DNA from: Kondoa subrosea
Taxonomy: Eukaryota
NCBI GenBank assembly: GCA_039545335.1
Contig: BCIN01000007.1
Location: 806,001 to 870,000, forward strand
Direction of reading: 5' to 3'
Length of the DNA stretch: 64,000 bases
The translations under genes and the position numbers were made by a program. Below the pieces are notes generated by a model. That model made no database searches. It worked only from the letters and a program-made list of their open reading frames with translations, and was not told the origin of the DNA. Positions 12,553-24,335 of the stretch are shown piece after piece (the stretch's first letter is position 1; each line of letters opens with the position of its first letter).

Positions 12553-15500
12553 ATGGACACGCCAGAGCTCTCCCATTCCGTTACTTCAACACCAGCTGAA
12601 TCTCAACCTTTGTCACCTCAAGATGATCCTCTCCTGGCTCCAGCAGCGGATGTCAAACCTCCTGCTCAATTAGCAAAGTGTATGCTCTCGTGCTTCGATT
12701 CTTCCTTCTGTGCTGTGCCTTATGATGCAAACTGTTTCGAAAAGTGTCATACTTGTTGAATCAGTCAAATATCTATTCCAAGATTATTGGTGACAAGATG
12801 GCGCGCGAAAGGCTAGAAAGGAAAGCTAGCGATGCGAAGACTGCAAAGAAAGCCGAATCTGGGAAACCTGGTCTTGCTGCACCTGTTGCTGGAAAGAAAA
12901 GGAAAGCGACAGAGAGAATCGCAGATGTCATCGACGAAGAGGTCGGTAGATCTGTTCCTTTGCTGTGCTTCAGCTCAATGAATAATCCTCTGACAGGATT
13001 TGGCTCAAGGCAAGAATTCTGAAAAACTTGCTCAGACTACTGAGAAGGTGTCTCTGCATTCAAGACAGCCAGCATTAGTTACTGGAGCTACTCTAAAAGA
13101 CTATCAGCTGGATGGAGTCGAAGTAAGGCGAAATTAGCTTGCAGGTGTTTTAACCTTATGGTGTCAATCGCGTCTTACAGTGGATGGTTTCGCTTTTCAC
13201 CAATGGTCTGAGTGGTATTCTAGCCGATGAAATGGGCTTAGGGCAAGTTCCGCTTTCTTTTCCTACAGATCCGACAATGCTGATTGGGAAGGAACATCTA
13301 GAAAGACAATTCAAACAATCGCTTTCCTTGCACATCTTCGGGAACGTGTGAGTATTGTGGATATTTCTGTCTACCTCATCTAACAAGTATTCAGGGTATC
13401 TGGGGCCCCTTTCTAATCGTATGCCCTCTGTCGACCGTCGCGAATTGGGTATCGGAATTCGAACGCTTTACGCCGGACATACCTGTGATCCTCTACCATG
13501 GAGATGTGAAAGAACGAGCGGAATTGAGGCATAAGCGGTTAGGTCTTGGTCCGCAGCCTAAAAAGAAGGGCAAAGGGAAACAAAAGAAGACAACTGTTGA
13601 TAACACTGGTGTGGAGATGCATGAAGATAGAGCAAAGACCTTCCCTGTAATTGTTACCAGCTACGAAATGGTCATGAACGACAAGAAGTTTTTGCAAAAG
13701 CTTGATGTGGGTGTTTTCGTCTGTCCGGCGTATGACTTCTGACAGATGCGAGCAGTTCAAGTATATCGTCGTTGATGAATCTCATAGACTCAAGAATCTG
13801 AATTGCAAACTTGTGCGAGAGCTTAAGGAGTATCGTTCAGCAAATCGACTGCTTTTGACGGTCAGTCTGCGCGTATTTCTGATCAGTATCGATCTGGTAG
13901 TAAATACGTCGGGTATGACAGGGCACGCCTCTGGTAAGCCTCTACGGCCTGGAAGACGAGTATTAGCTGATCTCGATACTTAGCATAACAACCTTACCGA
14001 ATTATGGTCGCTACTCAACTTCATTTTGCCAGATATTTTCGACGATCTCGACAGCTTTTCCAAGTGGTTTGACTTCTCAGACATCGATACAGATTCGGGT
14101 CACGCCAATATCTTATCCCAAGAACAATCACATCACATCGTTTCCAATCTACATGCTATTCTCAAACCTTTCTTGCTTCGTCGTTTGAAGAAAGATGTAG
14201 AAACCAACCTTCCGCCAAAGAAAGAATACTTGCTTTCCGCCCCTTTGACAGCTCAACAGAAAGAACTTTACGATGCAGTGATCAATCGCTCCATCCGATC
14301 CTTCTTGATGGAGAAGAAGATGAAAGGAGATGAAGAAGATCATGAAGATCTACCCTTAGCGTCTACTTCTGCTCCTGTCAAAGAAGAGACTGGCAGAGGT
14401 AAAAGACGGAGAACGGGTCAGAAATCTTATGTGGAGAAGACGAATGAGGAATATTTCGCGGATCTAGAAGCTGGTGTGCCTGAAGATAGCCAAGAACAGC
14501 AAATGAGCTTGGCGGAAAGAAGTAAGATGCATCAGCAGAAATTGGCCAGCAAAAGTGTAAATAATATGAAGCTGCAAAATTTGGTCATGCAGTCAGTCGA
14601 TGTCCTTGACGCTAGACAGAATACCGCTAAGTATGTTGTTGTTGACAGACTGCGGAAAGTCTGCAATCATGTCGGTCAAACATTGAGATGATCAGCTTGC
14701 GCTGATGTCTTGAGGTTGGTTTGACAGCCCTGGCTCTTCGATTGGCCGATAGACTCCAATACTGGTGTAGAAGCAGTCAACGAAGATCTGATTTTCGCTT
14801 CAGGCAAAATGCTTCTGCTCAATCGACTTCTCACGGAATTGTTTAAGAAAGGGCACAAAGTCTTGCTGTTCTCACAATGTCAGTATGGTTTGGTTCGGAA
14901 TCAGTCTTTGCTGATACTACTCTTCCAATGTTGACAGTCACTTCTATGCTTGATATCATACAAGACTGGGCAGCGGAATACAAAGGCTGGAAAATATGTC
15001 GTATCGATGGATCAACCAAACAAGTCGACAGACGGAATCAGATGAAGTCTTTCACAGAAGAAGAAGGACCTGATGGTGTGTTGATGTAATTTTCGTCAAT
15101 GATTTTGGCGCTAATTTCTTGTCCCGTAGCACCGAATTTGTTCTTGTTGTCTACACGAGCTGGGGGTGTAGGTATCAACTTAGTGAAGTCCGATACAGTC
15201 GTGTTGTTTGATAGGTTAGATTTTTTGTCAATGAGTGAATGTCACTGAGATCAATTTAACAGTGATTGGAACCCTCAACAAGATTTACAGGCCCAAGATC
15301 GAGCTCATCGAATAGGACAAACCAAGCCTGTCCTTGTCTTTCGTTTCGTAACAGGCAACACGATCGAATCACACATTTTGAAAAGAGCAGGCGCCAAAAG
15401 GAAATTAGAAGCACTCGTGATAGGTCAAGGGGAGTTCAAAGGCTCTTCTTCCGCTTCTCAAGATGATGATGACGATGATATCGCGGACGTGTTGATGGGT

Positions 15501-15822
15501 AAAAAGAAATCAGATGGTATCAATATGGCTGATTTGGCTCAAACTTTAATGAGGAAACAAGAAGCGATTACTTTGGCTTCGAAAGATGATGAGATAATAA
15601 GTCAGAGTCAATTGGATACGCTGTTGGATCGAAGTGTATGTTTTTTCACTCTTGCATTCAGAAGAAAATCAAGAGCTAAAGAAATACAATTGACAGCCCG
15701 AAGCCATGTCTAGAGAAACTGGCTGGTCAAGCGGTGATGCGATAGCAGAAGTGTTTGAGACTGAAGCGATAGAAGATGAAGGAGAAGGAGAGTCTGATTT
15801 GATTCCGGTTGTAAAAGATTAG
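12553..15822 (+). CDS. HELLS: SNF2-family chromatin remodeller, Lsh/HELLS/DDM1/Irc5 subfamily; multi-exon
   Basis: [107 protein letters not shown]. Confidence 0.88.
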
Positions 15823-15871
15823 AGGATGTTTTAGATAGGTTTACATAGATGTGTTATTCATGCAAAATGTA

Positions 15872-16792
15872 TTAATCCATTTCGTTCGGTTCTTTCATAT
15901 GAGCATCGTCGTCCAAAAGCCCTTTATCGATCACTTCTGCTTCTTGCGGTTCCTCTTCTTCTGGTTCCGGTTCCGACTCTTCTTCATCCTCAATTTCCTC
16001 TTCTTCAGGTTCACCAAAGCTATCCGCGTCATCTTCGTCTGCTATCAATTGAGTCGCATCTTGCTCGGGTGCTTGAGCAAGAACAGAAGGTGGTTGACCA
16101 TCTAAGATCGCTTCGAGTGAATGAGCAGGTGCTTTTTCTTTTATGGCTACAGGTGTGGGAGCAGAAGTGGATGCATCAGCAGCAGGTGCAGCTTTCTTTT
16201 TCTTGTTCTTGCCAGCTTTGTAGGCTGTTTGTCCAACCAATGCGGAATCAGAACGAAAGTCTGAATCCCACAATGCAGTCCAACAAACCTTTTAGTTCCT
16301 TGCTTAACATCTTGCCTACTTCTTTTCCATCCTCCCATTCGAGCATTTGAACAGCATCAAGCACATGTTGAGCGTTGATAGTCTTGACACCTTTACCAGC
16401 AGCAACATCTTGTGAGCTACAATACTTATGAGACTTGCGTGCAACCAGTACAGGGAGTAGAGGACGTACATAGCAGCGAGGTAAGAGATGAAAACAGTAG
16501 TAGCTCGAACCAAAGCAACTGGAACTTCTTTAGCCAATCTCACATCAGGCGGAACCTATTTACAACGCGTCAGAATAAGCCTTTAAGACAGTAGGTAGAA
16601 GAAAAGAAACACACAGCTCCTTTTGCTACTCTAGCGACTGCAGAGACAACCCCAATCGTAAGCCAAATGTACACATTTCAAGCAAGGGCAGAGAACGAAA
16701 CTGGTTGAACGAGGAACTTCGTAGTGATCTATCCCGGTCCCTACTTCTACATCATCCTCTTTCTGCTTCTTCTTGGATGCTTTAGGTGGCAT
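15872..16792 (-). CDS. DPB4: Histone-fold protein Dpb4/POLE3/CHRAC17 (DNA polymerase epsilon / CHRAC subunit) with an acidic tail
   Basis: Spliced: GIDHYEVPRSTIARVAKGAVPPDVRLAKEVPVALVRATTVFISYLAA...KTINAQHVLDAVQMLEW, followed by an E/D-rich tail. Confidence 0.85.
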
Positions 16793-17043
16793 TTCAGGTT
16801 CAGAGAGTTTTGCGTCGCGGTTCTGGTCTGATCAAGGTTGTGCAAGAACGATCAAGAACAAGTCCAAAATCACGGCTGGAAAGGGAGTTGAGAAGAGTGC
16901 AAGAATTGCAGCAGATAGCAAGAGCTGAATTCTGGAATTGCTTGAAAGAAGCTTGCTACTTGGACAAGGACATCTTTCTCTCTTTCCTCTCCTCTTCTCT
17001 CTTCGTCTATCTTCTGCCAACGTGTGAAATCTCTGGCGTCGTA

Positions 17044-17709
17044 ATGCCTCCACAACGTAGTCCTCCTCGAGCAGCAAGGAATGATGGTCAAACGGGTAAT
17101 ACTGCAGACAACTTTAATCAGCTAGGTTCAGTCATTAGTTCTTTCGAATGAGGCATAAAGCTGATCTAATGAGTGTAGTGTACCAAGCTGTAGCCCGTGT
17201 ACCGAGTGGTAGCGTTTCTAGCAAGTTGACTTCCTGTTGTTTCAACTTTGGCTGATACTATGGGTAATAACTTGCAGCTTATGGTCATATAGCAAAGATG
17301 ATTGATCATCCTAAACATTCTCGGTAGGTCTCCAATTTATGCTTCCTTTATTGTCAATCATACTGATCATGGAATACTAGACTGGTCGGTCAAGCATTAA
17401 GTACTTCTTATCCTTCTTACACCGTCTTGTTCAAGCTGATGAAATATGTAGAGTTCCTTCCACCTAATTTGCATGAAACAATACCTTGGCAGCGGATAGT
17501 TAATTCCAAAGGAATCATTTCTGCTCGAGGAAGTTCAGCAGCCGTAGAAAGGCAAGCTGTGTTATTAAGACAAGAAGGTGTGGAAGTCAATGATGGTGGT
17601 GAGGGAGCTTTGGAAGGTAAGTCTGCACCTTTGATTTGAAGTATAGCGATTGATCAACTTTGAAGGGGGCCGAATCAAATTGAGTCAGTATGGATGGTTT
17701 GAGCGCTGA
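17044..17709 (+). CDS. ATL1: Alkyltransferase-like protein (ATL; MGMT DNA-binding family with Trp in place of the catalytic Cys)
   Basis: Spliced: VYQAVARVPSGSVSTYGHIAKMIDHPKHSRLVGQALK..IPWQRIVNSKGIIS..RQAVLLRQEGVEV..YGWFER*. PWQR replaces PCHR. Confidence 0.88.
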
Positions 17710-17804
17710 AGACGCGTTGTATAATGCTTCTTATGACTGTATAATATGTATTGCATCATTGTACCATTTCTCACTGGGGAACTCTTCTTCGACCAACCAC
17801 ATGA

Positions 17805-18198
17805 ATGACCTCACTTCGACTACAAGCTAGGAAATTATACCGCGAAGTCAGCTCAATCTCCTTCAAATCGTCATATCTCACGCATTCCAATGCTAGCTGG
17901 TCGTGCTAGGCAAAGACTACCCAGATCCCTCGTACAACTTTCATGCGAAATTGAAACGATGCTATGGAGGCAAGAATGCTACTCCTGAAGAATTGGAGTA
18001 CGCTGTCAAGAAAGCAGAATTCATAAAGAAGGAAGTAGAGGCTCTGTGAGTTCACTTGTCACAAGCGAAGTGAGATCGAAAGCTCATTTGTTTGAACATA
18101 GGATCTTCCTACGCGTCAGTTTGCAGACGCTGTCCTCGATTCAAGGCTGACGGGATGAGCAGAAATATCGGCATTTGAAGAGATCTTATTACGATTAA
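17805..18198 (+). CDS. LYRM5: LYR-motif protein LYRM5/ETFRF1 (ETF regulatory factor); 4 exons; absent from the ORF track
   Basis: Spliced: MTSLRLQARKLYRE-LVVLGKDYPDPSYNFHAKLKRCY...KAEFIKKEVEALIFLRKYRHLKRSYYD*. Matches the LYRM5 pattern LY..L..LG.DYP...EALYFLRKYR..K.RYY. Confidence 0.88.
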
Positions 18199-19268
18199 GA
18201 ATTGGTTCTCGATTGCGCGTCAAGATGCTCTGGAAGGCTTCATGTGGTCAAGTGTGTGCGCATACGATGGTATGTGTACAGGACTTGATATGCTCGTCTC
18301 TTCTCTAATCACTTCGTCTCACTCAGATCCTTTATGTAAAATATGTACAGTTTTGTCGATAAACGAATTTCTTTTCTCTTACTCTTACACTGTATATCGC
18401 TGTCATCTCTGTGTATTTACTATTATTTGCTGCGTCTGTTCTTCTTCTCCTCCTTTTTTGTCTCTTAGGGTTGAATTGGCTATGAGCCAAGAACAAGCGT
18501 GTAACATCGGGGTCTTCTGGGCTTTAGAGTGCTCTCAGGAACATCACAAGCTGAAATGTGTCGCACAGCAAGCAAAGGAATCGATCTGTATAATTCAAGC
18601 AGTGATGTAGTCTTGTATCAGTTGTACAATACTATACCCATTTTGCTGAGACCTTGTAGGTCACGACAAACTCGCACCAATTTACATGTGTTTGGAGCTA
18701 GGCTTCATGACTGAACGAGCAGGTCAGCGCTCTGTGACACGAGAGCTGCTGACCTTCGTGTTCAGTCGATTGATGATGGATAGACAGCATTTGAGTATGT
18801 AAAACTGAGTGTGGATTTGTGCGGATATGAAACGAGATGAGAGCAATGACGGATAGCGATGATGATGATGCACAGAGACGAAACAGAGCAGAAGCTCAGC
18901 TTTTTAAACGGCGAGAAACTCAATTACTGCCGCCTAAGACGCACAGGGTGTCTAAGACATTTGACGTGATCTTTACAACTGCTCACGACCGTAAGGTCTG
19001 CTTGCGATAAGGAAACACCTCGAGACCGGAACTCTGTAAAAGCAGAGAAGTGCTTTAGAGCAAGTCACGAAACATGAAACAGCAAGAAGAACAATGGGCA
19101 AGCTGGCAAGCGCATACAGACTAGGGCAGAGATGAATCCAGAGCATATGCCAGCAATAATCAAAAGCTTCAGACACGACCGTTTGCAAAAAGACTTGCCT
19201 CAACCTCAAACGTCGAAGTTGGACAAATTAACGAATTCTCTTTTGGACTGAGGAATGAGCAGCAGTAG

Positions 19269-21793
19269 ATGTCAGCTCTATTATACGACGGTGAGCAGGA
19301 GCAGGCGAGGTTGAATCGCGCAGGCTTTGAAACGCGAAAGAACAGGTCCGCTCGCAAACGAGTTGGGAGAGGAGTCAATCGATCCAATAGAGCCAGACAT
19401 GTCATCTACACGCTATGTGACAAGGCAGGAAGGTCCTATCAAGGCAAAGAATTGGCTAGAGGTTCGCGATTTCCCTTTCCCTATACGCCAAAAACAACAA
19501 AGTCTAATGAGTTGATGAACAAAGGCTGTCTATCGCCCGCCCCCTCAGCTTAGCTTCACCGTAGTCACTTGTCTAGTAGGAACGCCGCAACCTCAACCAA
19601 TACCAGGAATGTCCAAAGAAGCGCAACAAGAGTTTATAGATCGGCTCAGATACTTGATCTGTTCTTCTACTTTGATGTCACCTACTATCACCCTACATGA
19701 CTTGAAAACGCCGGGTCCTTTGGCTGGCTCAACAGAAGATGTATTAGAGCTGGATCGAATCAAGCTAGCTGTCAAATGCGGGTTGTCGTTTGGCTCGCTT
19801 GTATTCGCTTGTCAATTTCTTCGAGCACTAAAAACGTGTCCTTCTCTGGTCTTTGCTGGAGTGCTGCTTTCTTTCACTCAACTACCTTTCGATCTGATAA
19901 AAAGCAAGCGATCTACAATACAGCAAGACCTGTTTCGTCTCATTGAGCAACTGCTCCAAGCGGGGCAAGTGACGGATGCTACTGTTGATGCAGCGTTGAG
20001 TAGAATCAAGGAAATGGAATGCGTTTCCAGAGGGTACGGTCTCTCGGCTCCTTTACCGCCTATATCTCGAATAGAATTGGCTACATTTCTGCCTTCCACA
20101 CCGGATCAACCTCTTCACGCTATGGCACTCAGAGAAGCAATACATCAAGCTTTAGCTGAAGCAAGATTGGCTTGCACTGAGGCGTCGAAAGAATTGGAAG
20201 ATCACATCAACGACGAGGAGATATCTTCCCTTCTGACAATGTACAACGTGAATTCCGATCCACCGCCGTCTCCCTTGCCTTCGCCAACCTTTCGAGACCG
20301 CCGGCAGCGCAATTCCTGGCATCCACAACCTCAACCTAATTCGCCTGCAAGTCCAATCCGCTCACCAGATCCTCGTAGGAGATCTTCAACCGCCCATCCT
20401 TTCCGGAATTCTTGGTCTCCATCAATGTCTGGTTCTACATCATCCAAAGACTTTAGTCCAATTAATGGACAAAGTGGGCTTCGACTCTCACTCAATTCTT
20501 CAACTGGGTCAGGCCCTGTTCAGCATCACGAATTCCTGCAACCTGCTTTTATCGAACCATTCGCTTCATCTTCTACATCGCTCAAAGCAGGCAAAAGGCG
20601 GCCTCTTTCTCTTTCCGCGACTCCTCCTTTCCAGCCTTCTGCTACAACCGAGAAATATTCACTCTCTGCCCTAAAGCGCGACTTCGAAGATATGCATCGA
20701 GAACGTCGTCGAGTTCTTTGCTGTTTCTTAGCTCTGTCTTCCACTCCCGCAGCAACAGCTCAAGCAGTTCCCACAGCCCGAACAGTGGTAACAAGTTTGA
20801 CATCTGCTTCTACAGCTATCAAGACCGCATTAGCTGATCTTCCCGCAACTACATCAGTACCTATTGACGAAGACCAACCTGGTTCTTCCACACCTAGAGA
20901 AAGCGAACCAAGATTAAGGAAACGAATGTCTTTCCTCTCCTCCTCAGCTTCAGCATCTAGGCAATCTTTTGCGCCTATCGATGCTCAAGCACCACAAAAA
21001 CAATCTTACCAACAGTACGAATCCAATGTTCAAGCAATTTCAACAAGCTTGAGAACTATAGCTGCCAAACTGAATGTAGCTGGAGAAGATCTGAGATCAG
21101 CTGTTGCTAATGGAAACAAGAGCGAAAGTGAACGAGTGTTGGCAATTCATGATTCTGTCAAAGGGGATTTGGAAAGTTTGGTCAAAGAATGGGAAGACTC
21201 AAGATTGGCTTTGAGGAAACTACTTCTTTCCCCTTCGATTGCTGAGAAGGATAAGAGAAGGTCCTCTATTGAAGAAGAACAGGAAGAAGAAGAAGGAGAT
21301 AGACAGATTTTGAGTGAAGAGGAAGATGAAGAACCTGATTTATCCATTTCATCAACCAATCGAACAAGTTCCATCTTTAGCGCTGAAACACCTGAACTTG
21401 GGTCTAGTGCTGGAAGAAGTGGATCTCCCTTGCAATTTGCAAACATTGGCGATTTCCAATCGTTCAGCTTACTTCCGCCTTTTGGTGAAGAAGAGGAAGA
21501 AGTGTTTGAGAGTATTAGTAGTGCTGAAGATAAATTGGAGGGAAAGAAGACGTCAAGGCAAGAGAGGATCAGGGCGATGAAGGAGAAGAGGGAACAGCAG
21601 GATGAAGTGAAACCTTCGATTGGTGCTGAGCCTATGATCAATGGTCAGCGGACAATGGTGCTTCAGCTTAGATTTCGCTGATTCCTTCTACCGTTTGCTG
21701 ACAGAGCTCAAAGGCGTAATTTCTGCTTTGAAAACAAAGAGGGAAGAGAGAAGGATTCCTATTAATTCAGCACCGGATGTTGAAGAGCAGTAA
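19269..21793 (+). CDS. Vezatin-domain (VezA-like) protein
   Basis: Spliced N-terminus MSALLYDGPLANELGE, then FIDRLRYLICSSTL, two hydrophobic segments, IKEMECVSRGYGLSAPLPPISRIE and a C-terminal SRQERIRAMKE...ELKGVI. Confidence 0.75.
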
Positions 21794-21911
21794 TTCCAAA
21801 GGAGATGTATCAACACTGCAAACACTCGTTTTCGTAGTCGTTCAATTTGGGTTCGGTGTACATATATATGTTTCTTCAAACTTTCGTGTATTCTGACATT
21901 GTACGTTTAGT

Positions 21912-23491
21912 TTAATTTGCATTAGCATTACAATCGTTCTTTGAAACCTCACTCGATGTCATTGACTCGGACATTGCTTCGTTGACCGCATGCAACCGCC
22001 GCTCTTCAGCTATTTTGACCAAATCAGGCTCTTGGCAAAACTCCCGTCTGAGCCTAGAGAAGGCCGTCAACGAGAAACTAGTGGGCTTTAAGATAACATA
22101 CCAAGCCATTGAGAATGCTTCTCCGAATTTGATCATCACCCGATTTTGAGAGACACATTGCCTGAATCCCGCTTTCAAGGCTCCACTCATTGCTGGTCCG
22201 TTTACAGTCGTGATGTCTGAGCATAATAATCAGATCTCCTCACAACAGTAGACGGGTAACTTACCGGCGACTACCACATAAATTTGTCGCTCTTTTATGT
22301 ATCGATGCTTCACGAGCGCACTTTTGATTTAACTTAGCATAAGGCGAGTGCGGAGTATCATGCGCTGCTCACAGAAACAGAGTCTCGCCTATTCTACGTC
22401 CTTTCAATTGCTTCTGGACGTAAGCAGAGATATGAGCCGAGTGAGGGTAGCATTGATCGCTGTCTTCATTGAATGGGGTCAGTGAGACATAACCTAACGG
22501 TTCGCCATCTTCTTCAGCGATCAAGATTGGGTACTTTTCGTCAATCAATCGTTGAAGCCAAGCTTTGCGCTCATCCACTGTCTTCGGCAGCCAGAATTCT
22601 AACGCATTACTGTGATGGATCGAATCAGCGGAATTCTTCGGGACAAGTATAACACTTACGAGCTCAAAATCACCTCATTGTATATGGAAACGATGAAAGA
22701 CAAATCGGCCATAGTAGCGTCTCGTATCATGAAGGTCGGCGACGGAAGACTGAGCTGGGATGTGGTGGGCATGGGGGACAAGACAAGTAGTTCGTCGGGC
22801 GGAAATCTACACGCTGGTTAGTCCAGTCGACATTGCCAGAACGAAGAAGATTAGCTTACCCTAGCCCTTGAACAGCCGGCGAAGTGCCAACGAAACAAGA
22901 ATACCAGATCGAATCGATGAATTTATTTTTCTTCACAGCGAGCTTCTCGAGTTTGCCGTCCAAATTGAACTTGAGTGATTTGGCTAAAGCATTGGCAGCG
23001 TCATTATTGCTGAGCAGCTTGAAGATAACAACATAGATTGACTGATCGTACGTCGCTTGATGTAGACAAAGATCCTTCCATAGTGCTGTCGCGATACCTT
23101 GACGTCTGTAGTGTTGAGAGCACACGACGACGAGATTTGTGTTGAACATGAAGGAGGACCTAATAGTCGGGTTTAGCTGATTGCACAGCTCGTTATCAAA
23201 GGACTTACCCATCGAAGGTACTTTGCGGCTCCAGCGCTGCAAAGGCTACCACTTCCGAAGCCAGCGTCTCTGCCACTAGACACGGATATCCCTTCAGACT
23301 AGCGAACCATGACTCGTGGTATTCCAGAGATCGCGCAGAGTTCCAGTCAAGGATATCTTCATTTACGGCGTCATTGACTGTCCATGCAAATATCAGATTC
23401 GATTCTCCCCAGTTCAGCGCTACTCACAGAGCGCATTCATGCTGGGTATATCTGCTGCGGTGGCATCCCGAATCTTATAATCAGGCTTCAT
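21912..23491 (-). CDS. Tandem two-domain GNAT N-acetyltransferase (PAT/YncA-like); multi-exon
   Basis: Domain 1: MKPDYKIRDATAADIPSMNAL...YPCLVAE...YRRQGIATAL. Domain 2: FMIRDATMADLSFIVSIYNEVI...YPILIAEEDGEPLGYVSL...KGRRIGETL. The two are joined in frame across a GT-AG intron near 22810-22859. Confidence 0.8.
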
Positions 23492-24335
23492 AATAAAGGG
23501 TATCTAGATGAGCTGGACAGAAGCAACAAAGACGTTGCAAGTGATAGAAGGATAAGAGAAGACAGCAAAACGTGGAAGAGCAAACAGAACACAGCAAAGG
23601 AAAAACGAGACATAGCCGAAGTATTGACAGAAGTTTGAACACTGCTGTCTTCTGATGTCTTCTCATAGCCTGAATACTGGGCATTGCGTTGTCTGAATCC
23701 GTGTGCGCGGTGATAAAGGCACGTCAGTTCACAGTGTTGCCAGTATGATCGTGATCTCGCTGAGGAAGCAAGTCAAGCTGGACTTGACAAATCGAAAATC
23801 TTGAAATGTTGGAACTTATCCTATAGCATGGTCTTATGCTATTTTTCGCTTACAGAGTGCCGTATTATCGCTACAAGCCCTGCGAGACCCGGCTTCGCAG
23901 TACAGGCATTGCCTATCGTGATTCTCCTGTCAAGGATTGCTGCACCTTGTCTTGAACTTGTCTCGCTTTGTCTCACGCCGTTCACTGCCTAGTGCATGCC
24001 ATCAGATATATCATATCACCGGTTTAAATGCTGTGACTCGGGCGCGTCAAATCCCTCTTGCTCACAATATTAATCTGTGTAATGCTGATTGAGCAAGCCT
24101 CAGTCTTGTCCCGACTTGCTGTCTCATGATCACCTCATACACTAGACGCTCTGATCCTTCTCCGGCTCTCCAAAACTCCGTACGTCCATGGGATGTCTAA
24201 ACAAGCATCCATTTTCCCTTTGAATGAAGCTCTCCATGAGAATGTTTAGAATGTTAAATCCTCTCTCTGTCTTCTTCTCTATCTTCCATCTATCATTCGT
24301 TTTTAGCATCATTTAAAGCTTAAGATCAGTCAGCG

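Noticed and set aside
18771..18808. Stand-alone C/D box snoRNA (TGATGA...CTGA)
   Set aside because: The boxes are only ~38 nt apart with no terminal stem or recognisable guide; mentioned only within the hairpin finding.
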